Positions 39,632 to 52,724 of a DNA stretch of 64,000 bases are shown here, in pieces. The notes under the pieces are model-generated. The model searched no databases and was not told the origin of the DNA. It saw only the letters and a list, made by a program, of their open reading frames with translations. Every line of letters starts with the position of its first letter. Position 1 is the first letter of the stretch. The stretch comes from Octopus vulgaris (lineage: Eukaryota). The stretch is taken from positions 48,608,001-48,672,000 of the forward strand of contig OX597815.1 in assembly GCA_951406725.2 (NCBI GenBank), given 5' to 3'. Position numbers and translations under genes: made by a program.

Positions 39632-39755
39632 ATGTATGTATGTATATTTATATATATATATATATGCATATAAGTATGCAATAAATCATACAGAACGACA
39701 TTTGACTATCTGCTGTTGCACTTGCAACATACAATCACACACATATGTGTGTGTG

Positions 39756-39803
<48 letters not shown>

Positions 39804-39964
39804 TGAATAGATGTATGCATATAATGTGCATACTCATCTATAAATGCATGTATATACATGGGTTTACATATGTGTAAGTATGTAAGTGCATGTGTGTGAG
39901 TATATTTATGTATATATGTATATATGTGTATTTATGTATATATTTCTTTACATGTATATGTATA

Positions 39965-40012
<48 letters not shown>

Positions 40013-41204
40013 TGTGTGTGTGTATGTATCTATACATGTATGTGTGTATGTTTGTGTGTGTGTATGTGTATTTATATATATATATATACACATATGCATG
40101 CATACATACATGCATGTATGTATGCATGTATGAACCCTTTCTATATCCCTTTCACTTAGTCACTCAGAAACCATTCTAATCCCACCAATATTTTGCTTTC
40201 AATTTTATTACACATTTACATACTATACATTATGATGGACATATATTATGGTTGTGCAGTGAATACATCTCTACACTCTTACTACCTCTCCACTATTTTT
40301 AATGAATTATAAAAAACAGCACGGTGTCCTATGTATTTTATCTCAATACAGGGCACAGGTTTAGTTAAATTATTAAGAAGTAAACTATGTGACTATGATG
40401 TTCTGTAGAACTCAGATTGGATTCAAAATGAAAGTACTGTTTCCTCGTTTGAGACAGTGCAGGCTACTTACCACACACATGGACAGTCGAGATCTCATGG
40501 AAGGAAATTGCAAGTGACTAATTGAGAGGAAATCACTCATTGAGACACTTCAACATCTGACCTACAGATGTTGCTGTGTCTGCTCTCTGCATTTTTCTAC
40601 CACTTCTATTGTGGCTTCTACATGTTCACTTTAACTCGTTCTCATGTCATCTCTGTCTATCTAGGTGCCACTTTACTGACTTGCCTCTTCTTATACCATC
40701 ACTGATATTATGCTTGCCAGTCTATTTGGTCTATCTATATGCTAGAAATAATAGCTAGTTTTCCATCAGATCCCACTGTCGTGTCATAAATTAGCAACGA
40801 ACACTGTATACTATGTTGCTTTGCCTTTATGTAAACACTTTGTTCTCTGTAGGACAAAAGCCAATGATGACTTTTCTTTGCTGTTCTCAACTCTGTGTTT
40901 TCTTAGGGATACTGGCTCATTGTATGGGGTACCCACATCATATATTTCCCTGAAGAACGGCCTTCCTCTCTCAGGTCTTGTCAGTTTTGAATTGTCACCA
41001 ATGCTTCTATAACATTGCTTTTCTAGGAAGGTGTGTTGGTCCTATGCAAACCCATTTTTACTTCTGGGAATAAGTGGTCCATATTAGTCTGACCTCTATC
41101 TTTTGACCTATCTATCATGCACTAGCATAGCTAGAGTGTGTGCTGCCTAAGATGGCCCTTAAATTTGCCAACCTCCATAAAAGTGTCACACTGGGTGACA
41201 CTTA

Positions 41205-41818
41205 TGCTTTTACTCTTTTACTTGTTTCAGCCATTTGACTTTGGCCATGCTGGAGCACCACTTTAAGGGGTTTTATTGAACAAATCAATCTCAGGACTTA
41301 TTCTTTCTAAGCTTAGTACTTATTCTATTGGTCTGTTTTGCTGAACCACTAAGTTGTGGGGATGTAAACACACCAAAATTTGTTGTCAAGCAATGAAGCG
41401 GGGACAAACAAAGACAAACACACAAGTATATATATATATATGTATGTATGTATGTATGTATGCATGTATGCATGTATGTATATCATCATCATCATCATCA
41501 TCATCATCATTTAGCGTCCGTTTTCCATGCTAGCATGGGTTGGACGGTTCAACTGGGGTCTGTGAAGCCAGAAGGCTTCATCAGGCCCAGTCAAATCTGG
41601 CAGTATTTCTATGGCTGGATGCCCTTCCTAACGCCAACCACTCCGTGAGTGTAGTGGGTGCTTTTTACGTGCCACCCGCACTGGTGCCAGACAGAGCTGG
41701 CAAACGGCCACGAACGGATGGTGCTTTTTATGTGCCACCGGCACGAGGGCCAGGCGAGGCTGGCAATGGACACGAAACGGGGCGGTGCTGGCAACGGTCG
41801 CGAAACGGAAAGTTCTCT

Positions 41819-41865
<47 letters not shown>

Positions 41866-42289
41866 GGTTATCAGTAACAATAAAGGGTGAAATTAATTAA
41901 TTTGGAATAATTATTAATTACACCAAGTAGATTTCGGCATGTAAAAGTCTCATTCGAGGAAAATTTAAGTAATACTAAGCAATTAAGGGTTTAGCAACGA
42001 ATTGCCTCACCACACACCGAATTTAGAAATAGCAGTCAAAGAGTTATAGCTATTCTTTCTACTAAAAGGGAGATCTCAGTAAAAACACAGCACTTGAAAG
42101 GCAAACACAGACAGGTATGTATATGCATACATACATACATGATGGGCTTCTTTCCGTTTCCATCTACCAAATCCACTCACAAGGCTTTGGTCAACCCAAA
42201 GCTATAGTAGAAGACACTAGCCTAAGGTGCCACACAGTGAGACTGAACCCAGGACCATGTGGCTGGAAAGAAAACACACGCACACACAC

Positions 42290-42351
<62 letters not shown>

Positions 42352-42562
42352 CATATGAGAGAAAGTCAAAATGGAATTCATGAAATTCTTTATTAATCAC
42401 TACGAGATTAACAAATCTCACGAATTCCATTTTTTTTTCCCTGGCTGCCACACAGTTTCTGTCTACCAAATTCACTCACAGGGCATTGGTCAGCTTGAGA
42501 CTATAGCAGAAGATACTTCCCCTAGATGCCATGCAGTGGGACTGAACTCAAAACCATGTGGT
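41205..42562 (-). mobile_element. Family A SINE pieces interrupted by family B (41483-41810) and Penelope-like (41866-42100) insertions
   Basis: 3' half at 41205-41430, 5' half at 42115-42268, extra partial copy at 42455-42562. Confidence 0.8.
41866..42100 (-). mobile_element. 3' terminal fragment of the TA-embedded Penelope-like family
   Basis: AGGGTGAAATTAATT...CACCAAGTA...ATGTAAAAG...CACCACACACCGAATTTAGAAATAGCAGTCAAA, colinear with 7635-7790. Confidence 0.7.
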
Positions 42563-42881
42563 GTGTGTCTTCCACTGGTTCAAAATCTAAATTTGTCAAT
42601 CTACTTCATTTTGGTTAATATACATAAAGGATTGATGTAACTCCTCCTGAAGATATAGAGTCAAAATTAAAAAAAGAAGACACACAAGATATTGAAATAT
42701 CGTTCACTAGATAACAATGGCACTCTTCTTTTAATTTTGACTCTATATCTTCAGGAGGAGTTACATCAATCCTTTATGTATATTAACCAAAATGAAGTAG
42801 ATTGACAAATTTATTTTTTGAACCAGTTGAAGACACACAAGATGTTGAAATATCATTCACTACATAACAATGGCACTCCTC
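42562..42881. mobile_element. 153-bp-period tandem plus inverted element with decayed minimal hammerhead
   Basis: Inverted arms 42562-42680 and about 42724-42839; direct repeat 42676-42726 = 42829-42878; CTCCTC-CTGAAGA-TATAGAGTC-aAAA-TTAA-aA-GAAGAG. Confidence 0.7.
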
Positions 42882-42882
42882 A

Positions 42883-42952
<70 letters not shown>

Positions 42953-43187
42953 CTTCTAATTATCATAATGAAAATGACATATTAATAAAATTACCAACTG
43001 AAATCTCAATTTAATTATTCCTATCAATGCATATGCTCACATCTATGTAAAGTGAAAGGAAACGGTTTGTACTAGTACTATACTTTATTTATTGATTTCG
43101 AAATGGTGTAAAGTATCTGCTTATGGAATATATGTGGACACTGTATGTTCTTGCATGTATACATATGCACAAAAGAAAAACTATATG

Positions 43188-43555
43188 AGATGCAGGTGTG
43201 GCTATGTGGTAAGAAGTTTTCTTCCCAATGACATGGTTCTGGTTTTGGACTCTCTGCATGGCATCTTGGGAAAGTGTCTTCTACTATAGCTCTGAGCCAG
43301 TCAAAGTTTTGCGGGTGGATATGGAGATGGAAACTAAAAGACGCCTGTTGTACATATATGTATATAGCTATGTGTGAGTAAATTTATGTTTCTGCACCAC
43401 CACACTGCATGACAACCAGTGTTGGTTTATGTACATCCCCTAAACAGCAGTTCCGCAAATGGAGACTGATATAATAATTATAAAAGTACTAGGCTCAATT
43501 TGTTTAATGAAATCTTTCAAGGTGGTGTCCCAGCATGGCTGTTGTCTAATGAAGC
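43188..43555 (+). mobile_element. Family A SINE (old)
   Basis: Diverged consensus match. Confidence 0.75.
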
Positions 43556-43558
43556 AGG

Positions 43559-43610
<52 letters not shown>

Positions 43611-43669
43611 TTCTATGGTTTGTCACACCAGAGAAAGACAGAATGGATTAAGCAGGACAGGAGGAGACC

Positions 43670-43905
43670 CGTGGCGAGCTGGTGGAAATGTAAGCATGCG
43701 GGGGGGGGGGGGCGAAATACTTAGCGGTATTTTGTCTTTACGTTCTGAGTTCAAATTCCACTGAGGTTGACTTTGACTTTCATCCTTTCAGGGTCAATTA
43801 AATAAGTACCAGTTACACACTGTGGTTAATATAATAGACTTAATCCATTAGTTTGTCCTTGTTTGTCCCCTCTGTGTGTAGCCCTGTGTGGGCAATAAAG
43901 AAATA
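43670..43905 (+). mobile_element. Family M SINE, near full length
   Basis: GGCGAGCTGG head, GAGTTCAAATTCC B box, Meta-like core, AATAAAGAAATAA end. Confidence 0.82.
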
Positions 43906-43929
43906 AGGAGGAGACTTGTGGGACGGAGA

Positions 43930-43972
43930 GTCACTGAAGAGGCCACAGAATGTGTGACAAAAGATTTCAGAC
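43930..43972 (+). ncRNA. Decayed minimal hammerhead motif
   Basis: GUCA-CUGAAGA-G-GCCACA-GAAUG-UGUGAC-aAAA-GAUU-UC-AGAC; CGAAA>CAAAA is consistent with CpG decay. Confidence 0.45.
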
Positions 43973-44544
43973 AAAGGAGCCTAAAATAAGTATAACAATA
44001 AAGCTGAAGTGAAGAAAAAATGTATAGTGTGTGTTTATTTAGCAAAAATAAAAATGACCATCCTCAAGTATAACAACACAAACAAACGTATATGTATATA
44101 GGAGTGAGAGAGAGAGAGAGAGAGGGAGAGAGAGAGAGATAAATAAATAGATAGATGTATGTACATATACACACATACATATAAAATATACACACACACA
44201 CACATACAAGCATGCACAGGCACACACATGTATTTATGTGTTGGTTATATTAACTTAAACATGGTTACATATCTTGTGCTAAAAGTTTTGTGCAATCGAC
44301 CTTATGATTGACTGTACCCACTTGTGCTCTATGTTAATGGGTGCAGGCACCAATAAAGTGGATAGCATGAAAAGCTTATGTCCAACTATCAAATCCTGTT
44401 TATATATGATAAACTTTACACATTTCTAATATCACAAGGATTTTTAACATTTTCATATCGCAATACATAAAAATCAACACTGTCTATTTTTAAATATACA
44501 TACATACATACATACATACATACATACATACATACATACATACA

Positions 44545-44628
<84 letters not shown>

Positions 44629-44694
44629 CTATGCAAATATTCTTTTAAAAAACTTTTCTTTTAATTTTTCCAAAATTTAATTGTTTTCCATAGT

Positions 44695-44734
44695 TACAGT
44701 TGAAAAAGTGTCAATGACTGAAACCAGTACTGAA
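44695..44734 (+). ncRNA. Decayed minimal hammerhead motif in a ~155-bp element between TA tracts (44628-44783)
   Basis: UACAG-uUGAAaA-AGU-GUCAAUG-ACU-GAAAC-CA-GUA-CUGAA; two core deviations. Confidence 0.4.
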
Positions 44735-44781
44735 ATGTTTTTTATAAAATTATTTTAGTATTTTCTATCTTGAATATTTTT

Positions 44782-44824
<43 letters not shown>

Positions 44825-45070
44825 AATATATATATATATATATTCATATATATATATATACACACACACACACATATATATATATATACATACATACATA
44901 TATATAAATACATATATATATAAAGATATATATATGATTTAATCATGCCAAAGACCTACAATCCTTTAAGGGATGTTTGCATCCTAGTTCTCTGGTTTAT
45001 ACCAGTTTTCAGTGAAAGCTAAATACTTTAGCCTTGCATTGATGTATATTGGTATTTAAAATATTTATGA

Positions 45071-45347
45071 ATGAGAAAAAAGAAGAAAATGGAGAAATTG
45101 ATGTATAGACATCAGTTTATTCAAAGATATTCAAATCAAATGAAATTCTTATCCCTACAGCCATTTTCATATTCAATTAGTTCAATTAGAGAATAAAATT
45201 AAATTAATTTGATTTAATTTCTCTAATTGAACCAACTGGATATAGAAACAGCTGTAGGGATAAGAATTTTATATTATATTGATTTGAATATCATTGAATA
45301 AACTGATGTCTGTACATAAATTTCTCCATTTTCTTCTTTTTCCTCAT
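45071..45347 (+). mobile_element. 277-bp fold-back element ending in (TA)n, carrying the 3' half of a hammerhead
   Basis: Arms are reverse complements with centre near 45205; GAAACAGCTGTAGGGAT at 45245-45261; terminus AGAAAATGGAGAAA shared with 6656-6669. Confidence 0.75.
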
Positions 45348-45823
45348 ATATATATATATATATATATACACTTACTTTTTTACTTGTTTCAAGTAAAGTT
45401 TACAATCATACAAGTGACAGGGCACCCTATTGATGTGATTGCTAGTTTATTTCACTTTAACATCTTCTCTCTGTTTAGTTCTGATGCATCAGTGAGTTGA
45501 ACAACAACATTACTCTTATTTGCGTTTCTAGCTGTAAAATTTGTTCATCTGGGACATGTGGGATCTCAGATGAAAATTTGCCAAAGTGATTTTTGAATAC
45601 ATTCATACCTACACCCCATAGACTTCTAAGGAATTTTGGCAAGGTATTGACAGCTAGGGGCCCTTGAACCTTAAGCTGTAACTAATTTTGGATCCATACT
45701 CTTTATGGAGAGTGTGGGCCATTTCATACAATGCAGTGGCATCCGATTCAAGGTTCTTATAGCTTTTGGTCCCAATGTTAAATGCTTGTCTGTTCTGAAA
45801 CTTCTGCATAAATACGCATGTGC

Positions 45824-45888
<65 letters not shown>

Positions 45889-45937
45889 CGTGTGTGCATA
45901 TGTGTGTGAATGTGTGTGTTTTTATGTATGTATATAT

Positions 45938-46356
45938 GTGCCAGTGCCACATAAAATATATTTGTGTTGGTGCCACGTAAAAAGTACCTGTGTCAGCACC
46001 ATGAAAAAACACCTGTACCAGTGCCATGTATGAAGCATCTATGCCAATATCACAGAGAAAGCATCTGTACTGGTGCCATGTAAAAAGCACCTATGCCTGT
46101 GTCGGGTACAACACATCATTGCTGGTGCCACATAAAAAGCACCTGCTCCCATGCCATGTAAAAAGCACCTGAGCTGGTGCCATGTAAAATCATCTGAGTC
46201 AATGCCATGTACAAGCACCTGTGCCCATGTCATGCATAAAGTATCACTGATGGTGCCTTGTAAAAAGCACCTGCACAAGTGCCACATAAAAAGCACCTAT
46301 GCTGGTGCCACATAAAAAGCACTTGTACTGGTTCTACATAAAAAGCGCTCTGCACA
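45938..46356 (+). repeat. ~21-23-bp minisatellite (GTGCCAYRTAAAAAGCACCTGTGCTG), expanded internal repeat of family B
   Basis: About 18 degenerate units; a related unit occurs inside family B copies. Confidence 0.85.
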
Positions 46357-46906
46357 CTTTGTTTTATACAGCAGGCCCAAAAGTGCTTTCTCAAGGAAGA
46401 CTGCCTCTCATTTCCTGCCTAGCTACACATCTTCTACCCAGTCCCTTGGGTGTCTTTAGAGGAGTTTACTCATTTACAGCCATTTGGGGCCAAGTTTACT
46501 GCCTGAGAATATCTTCTAACTTTCCTATGGCAAGCTAGTGAGGCCTTGATAAAAGTCAAGGGCACAGCTTTTCATCCCATGACTATAATATATTAAAAAC
46601 AAAAAATGTTGTTGATGTTGTCGTTAAAGTTTGAAATTGATGTTTTAGGAAGATGGATGAATTGAAAATCAGCTTCGTTGCTAAATATGATGATATTGAT
46701 CTTTGCTTCTATCCATGCTGGTTTTGTAAATTGGCATTGATCCCAAGTTAGGATATATATATATATATATATATATATATCCTAACATATAGAAACACAC
46801 ACACAAACTCTTATATATAACTATATGTGCGTGTGTGTATGTGTACATATGCCTATGCATTCATACTCATATGCATATATATATATATGTGTGTATGTAC
46901 ATATGC

Positions 46907-46945
<39 letters not shown>

Positions 46946-47247
46946 AGCAATGCGAGTCATATCTGAGTCAAACCATTTGGTCATTAACCTTGAAGCTACC
47001 CCACCCCCATCTCCACCTCCTACTTGTTTTGGTTCTTACAGCTTCCTATAGAACACCTGCTGGTTAGGTGAGTGCGGATGTTAGTGGTCCTTTTCCTTTC
47101 TCTAGGTCATATAAATGTCAGAAACTATTTCTTTGCATTCTATCCTGTCAGCTCAACACTGTAAAACATTACATCGCTTTCACTCTTTGCCTTACCCTCC
47201 TTTAATCTCCATGCCTATCCTTCTTTAATACCAATTTTTAAGTGGTC

Positions 47248-47590
47248 TAAGGTGGTGAGCTATCAGAGTCATTAGCAAGTCATTAGCCCAGCAGTATTTC
47301 GTCCATCTTTACATTCTGAGTTCAAATTCTGCAGAGGTCAACTTCACAATTCATTTATTTGAAATAAGTACCAATAAAAGGTGGCGAACTGACAGAATCA
47401 TTAGCACACTGGGAAAAATGCTTAGCAGCCTTTTGTCCAACTTTACCTTCTGAATTTAAATTCTACTGAGGTCGATTCTGCCCTTCATCCTTTCGGAGTC
47501 AATAAAATAAGTACCATTTGAGTACTGGGGTCGACATAATCAACTTACCCTACTTCGAAACTTGCTGACCTTGTACCAAACTTTGAAATC
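47248..47590 (+). mobile_element. Two tandem family M SINEs
   Basis: Heads AAGGTGGTGAGCT at 47249 and AAGGTGGCGAACT at 47379. Confidence 0.8.
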
Positions 47591-47625
47591 AGTTTTTAAG
47601 CGCTTTCTCTTACACACACACACAT

Positions 47626-47661
<36 letters not shown>

Positions 47662-47689
47662 ACTGTTTCCAATATATTGATCTTTGTGA

Positions 47690-48012
47690 AGGCACGCAAT
47701 TTAGTGGTTAGGGTTGTCAGCTCACAATCATGAAGTCATGAGTTCCATTCCCATCCTAGTGGTGCATTCTGTCCTTAAGCAAGGCACTTTATTTCATGAT
47801 TCTCCAGTTCACTCAGCTGGCAAAAGTGAGTAGTACCCATATTTCAAAGGGCCAGCCTTGTCACATTCTGTGTCATGCTGAACCTCCCTCAGAACTACAT
47901 TAAGGGTATACATGCCTGTGGAGTGCTCAGCCACTTGCACATTAATTTCATGAGTAGGCTGTTCTGTTGATCAGATCAATTGGAACACTTGTTGGTGTAA
48001 CTGACAGAGTGG
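47690..48012 (+). mobile_element. Family C SINE, near full length
   Basis: tRNA-like head, GTCCTTAAGCAAGGCACTTT, CACTCAGCTGGCAAAAGTGAGT, 3' region shared with 9860-9990. Confidence 0.78.
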
Positions 48013-48154
48013 CACTTATCTTGGTCTTCATTTATTTACTTATTTATTTCTTTAATTAGGAAGGCAAGGTGTAGTATACAAAAATTTAATGAACATTTGA
48101 CATGGTAGTGGGAGTGTAGATGGGGATAACTCTTCCATTTGTCTTGATTATCAA

Positions 48155-49203
48155 AACTAAAAGAGCCCATTGTATATATATATATCATCATCAACATCGT
48201 CATCATTTAACATTCATTGTCCATGCTGGCATGGGTTGAATAGTTTCACCAGGGCTGGTAAGTTGGGAAGCTGCACCAGACTCCTGTCTGATTTGGCATG
48301 GTTTTCTATGGCTTGATGTCTTTCCTAATGCCAACCACTCAGAAAATGTAGTGGGTGCTCTTATGTGCCACCGGCATGGGTGCCATTTGTGTGACAACTG
48401 CACAACTGTTACAACTGCAATTTTGCTTGGCTTGATGGGTCTCCTTCTCAAGCATGACATAATGTCAAAGGTCTCAGCCATTGCCTCCGTGAAGCCCAAC
48501 ACTCAAACGGAACTTGGCCACTTTGTCTCTGTGAGGCCCAACACTCAAAAGGAACTTGGCCATTTTGCCTACATGATGCTCAATGCTTGAAAAAAACTCA
48601 GCCACCTTGCCTCCATGAGGCCCAATGCTTGAACAGTGCTCTTTGCGTGCTACCAGCATAGGTGCCAGTTACTAGCCCCCGTGCCGGTGGCACATAAAAA
48701 GCACCATCTGATCATGGCTGTTTGCCAGCCTCGTCTGGCACGTAAAAAGCACCCACTACACTTGCGGAGTGGTTGGCGTTAGGAAGGGCATCCAGCCATA
48801 GAAACATTGCCAGATCAGACTGGGCCTGGTGCAGCCTTCTGGCTTCCCAGACCCCAGTTGAACCGTCCAACCCATGCTAGCATGGAAAGCAGACGCTAAA
48901 AGATGATGATGATGATGATGATGATGTATATATATATATGCATACATATGTGTATGTATGTATGTATCTATGTGTATGTGTTTTTGCGTCTGTACTAGTT
49001 TCCCCATCACTGCTTGACAATTGGTGTTGGTATGTTTGTGCCCCTGTAACTTAGCAGATTGGCAAAAGAGACCGATAAGATAAGTACTAAGCATAAAAAA
49101 ATCAAAAAATCCAGGGGTCGATTTGTTTGGCTAAAACCTTTGAAGGTGGTGCTCCTGCATGGCCACAGTCAAATGACTGAAACAAGTAAAAGAGTAAAAG
49201 AGA
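48155..49203 (+). mobile_element. Family A SINE hosting two oppositely oriented family B copies (48185-48660 minus, 48680-48925 plus)
   Basis: (CAT)n start and (GAT)n end; ~41-bp tandem units at 48475-48630. Confidence 0.8.
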
Positions 49204-49718
49204 GAGTAATATATATGAGTGTGTATGTATATTTATATGTGTGTGTGGGTGTGTGGTGTGTGCAGATGTTGTAGCGATTGTGAAGGTAGAGGTGATGAAG
49301 GTGATAGCACCAGGTAGTGGTGATGGTGGTGGTGGTCATAATAATGCTGATAAGGATGATGATGATGAGGATGATGGTGGTGATGTTAGTGTTGCAGAGG
49401 TCACATTAGTAATTGCGTGGGCGCCTGTAACAGCATCGATAATGGTGGTGGTGGTGGTGGTATAGATATGATGATGATGATGATGATGATGATGATAGTG
49501 ATGATAATGGTAGTGATAATAAAAAACAGAGGATGTGGCATTAGCTCTTTAGTCGAAATGTTCAGGGGCGGTGTGGAGATAAATAGAAAATATCTGTGTT
49601 ATCCACGTTCAATTTTCTGCTGAGTCAACACTATATGTAGCCCCCCACCTACCGCTGTAGAGAGTGGTTGGCACCTTGATCAAAGAAATACCATTATGAA
49701 TCGCAGAATCCTGTTGGG

Positions 49719-49807
<89 letters not shown>

Positions 49808-49870
49808 GTACATATATATATGTATATATGTACATATATATATATACATATATATATATATATGTGTGTG

Positions 49871-49914
<44 letters not shown>

Positions 49915-49949
49915 TATATATGTATACATACACACACATATTTATCTAT

Positions 49950-50320
49950 TATCATTTGTTTCGGTCATTTGACTGTGGCCATGCTGGGGTACCACCTTTA
50001 CAGGTTTTAGTTGAGTAAATTGAACTTAGGGCCTTTTTATTTTAAGCTTAGTACTTATTCTATTGGTTTCTTTCGCTGAACCACTAAGTTACAGGGACAT
50101 ACAAAGAATGTACACACACACACACATAAATGTTTGTGTGTGTATGTATATATATACATATATATACGACAAGCTTTTTTCAGATTATATCTACCAAATC
50201 CATTCACAAAGTTTTGGCTTGCCCAAGGTTATAGTAGAAGACACTTGCCCAATGTGCCATGCAGTGGGACTGAACCCAGAACTATGTGGTTGGGAAGCAA
50301 GCTTCTTACCACACAACCAC
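49950..50320 (-). mobile_element. Family A SINE
   Basis: Reverse-complement consensus match. Confidence 0.82.
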
Positions 50321-51562
50321 ATACATATATATATACACAAGCACACACACACACATAAATGCAGGTACACACACACACACACATGCACACACACACACAC
50401 ACACATGCACACACACACACACATGCACACACACACACAGATGAGATACATAGATTCTCAGAATAGAAAGCAGTAGAGCTCAAATGATTCAAACTTAGGA
50501 TCCAATATCTTTACAGGGGCTCAATTCCAGGGGCGGGGGGAAGAATGGCTATAAGAAAGATCAAGATATATTTAATATATCTAAATTGTTTATCTGCATA
50601 ATTGCCTCTGTCTGTCTGTCTGTCTGTCTCTCGTGCTTTCTCTCATTCTCTCTCTCTCTCTCTCTTTCTACATACACACACACACACATGTGCACACTTT
50701 AAACTTGCTTTTATATAAACCACTTTATTTTGGTATCAGCTAGTAGACAAAAGGTGCAGGGGAATATATACTAAGTGTTGACCCCTGCAGTGTATAATAG
50801 TTAATTTATTTGAACTTACTGTTACACTATTGATATCTCATAGTAAAATAATACAGAAATTTTCACCAAGCATCAGCTGTTGGTAATATAAGTAGTTAAT
50901 CAAGGATGCCTTTCTGTAAATAACGACATTGAATATACTAACAATACTAATGGCCATTGAGTACTAATAAATAGTACTAGTGGTCAGTCAGTACTGATAC
51001 TACTAATGGTCATTAAGTATTTGTTAGTACTGGTGTGTGGTGGTTGTCTTAGTATAGGTTAGTACTGGTGGAGTGTGTATTGTATATACAGCTATTACTA
51101 AATATTATAATTATTAAGTACTCTTGTTCATTATGCACTTTGGACTCTGTAGTACAAATGTCTTGTTTACATAAGTTTTGAATTATAATTTTCCACCAAA
51201 CCTTAATCGCAATTTATGTTCCTAATACTGGCTTAATGATAATTAAGTTATTTTACTAAATTCTTTGTTATATTTAAAATTAATTGAAAGAATCACAGAG
51301 CATCTCAAAATAAATATAGTAATGAAAAGGTTAAAGGATCTGTTCAATTAAGCTGTCTATCATGACCATAAAAAAAAGTAATTACCTTTAACTATTGATA
51401 TTATTCCCTCCATCGCTAGGGATAGCTATGGCAATGAAAATAGTTTTGATGGCTGCAATGATAGTGGTGGTGGTTGTGGTGGTCATTATGGTGATTGTAA
51501 TGGTTATGGAAGTTACAATGGTTGTGACAATTGGGGTGTTTGTTGTAGAGATGGAAATTTTA

Positions 51563-52374
51563 TGAGGTGGTATCAAACAGTTCCTGGACTAGCTATGTTT
51601 AATAAAAAATAACTCTTTTACCCAAGTTTTAACATCATCTCCTTCAAATAAGTCACTTTGCACACCAATACACTGGTCCCAGCATTTATTCCACTTTTGG
51701 AATCTGGCCTGGAAATCATTTTTCGTAGGTGGAAGTTTGCAGGTGCTAAACCTGGCATATAGGGTAGGTGCAGAAATGATACCATGTTGTTGTTGGCAAG
51801 AAACTCAAGAGTGAGGAGAGATCAGAGACAGGGTACATTGATGTTGTGAAGAATCCAGTTCTTTACTCTCCACAGATCTGGTCACTTTCACTGGATGTTT
51901 TCCCTCACACACTTCAAAACGTCACAGTAGAACTCTTGATTGACAGTCTGGTCCTAGGAGACAAATTTTCAATGCACAATTCCACATTTCTGGGGGTGAT
52001 ACTTGTGGCAGGTCTTCCAGATCACTCATCATCTTCCAGGGACATTCTTCCACTTTTAAAGCAACCGTGCCACTCAAAACATTCTGTATGACCCATTGCC
52101 TTATCACCATAAGTTCCCTGAAGCATGCTCAATGTCTCTGTAGCAGACTTCCAAAGTTTTGGCTCTTTGTTCCTGTCCATGACAAAATCGCAGACTACAG
52201 CATATATGTGATCACAAAAGCACAAATTTCGCAACTTGTGAAGTAAACACAGCAATGTCACCCAGCACACTGCCTCATGAAGTTCACTGCTTGCTTTCAC
52301 TATGCACAAAACTGTATGCTGCCATCTGTTGGTGTACTACAGAACTAGTCTGGGAACTTTTTGATACCACCTTG
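51563..52374 (-). mobile_element. Internally deleted mariner (irritans-like) with TIRs and TA duplication
   Basis: TA-TGAGGTGGTATCAAACAGTTCCTGGACTAG ... CTAGTCTGGGAACTTTTTGATACCACCTTG-TA; KLWKSATETLSMLQGTYGDKAMGHTECFEWHGCFKSGRMSLEDDE*SGRP. Confidence 0.92.
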
Positions 52375-52724
52375 TATTAAAGCCACAGTTGGTTTGTATT
52401 TCATCCTTTCAGGGTTGATAAAATAAGTACCAGTTAAGTACTAGGGTTCAAGGTAAGCAACCTTTTCCTTTCCTTGAACTTGCTGGCCTTGTACCAAATT
52501 TTGAAACCAATATTCGTCATCACTACCACCATTACACACCTCTTGAGTTCTTCATCTTACCTGTGAGGTCCAGCTTTCTGAGATCTGACCTTTCAAATGC
52601 ATCATATCTTCTTCTTCCATAAGCAAATCTCCATTGAATAAAACCTTGGATCAAATCAATACATAATTCTATTTATTATACATTTGACAAATACGAACTC
52701 ATATGTGAGCATGTGAGACATGCA

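Noticed and set aside
45938-46356. Regularly spaced short repeats resembling a CRISPR array
   Set aside because: Units are contiguous and degenerate with no unique spacers, derive from family B, and the context is eukaryotic with no cas genes.
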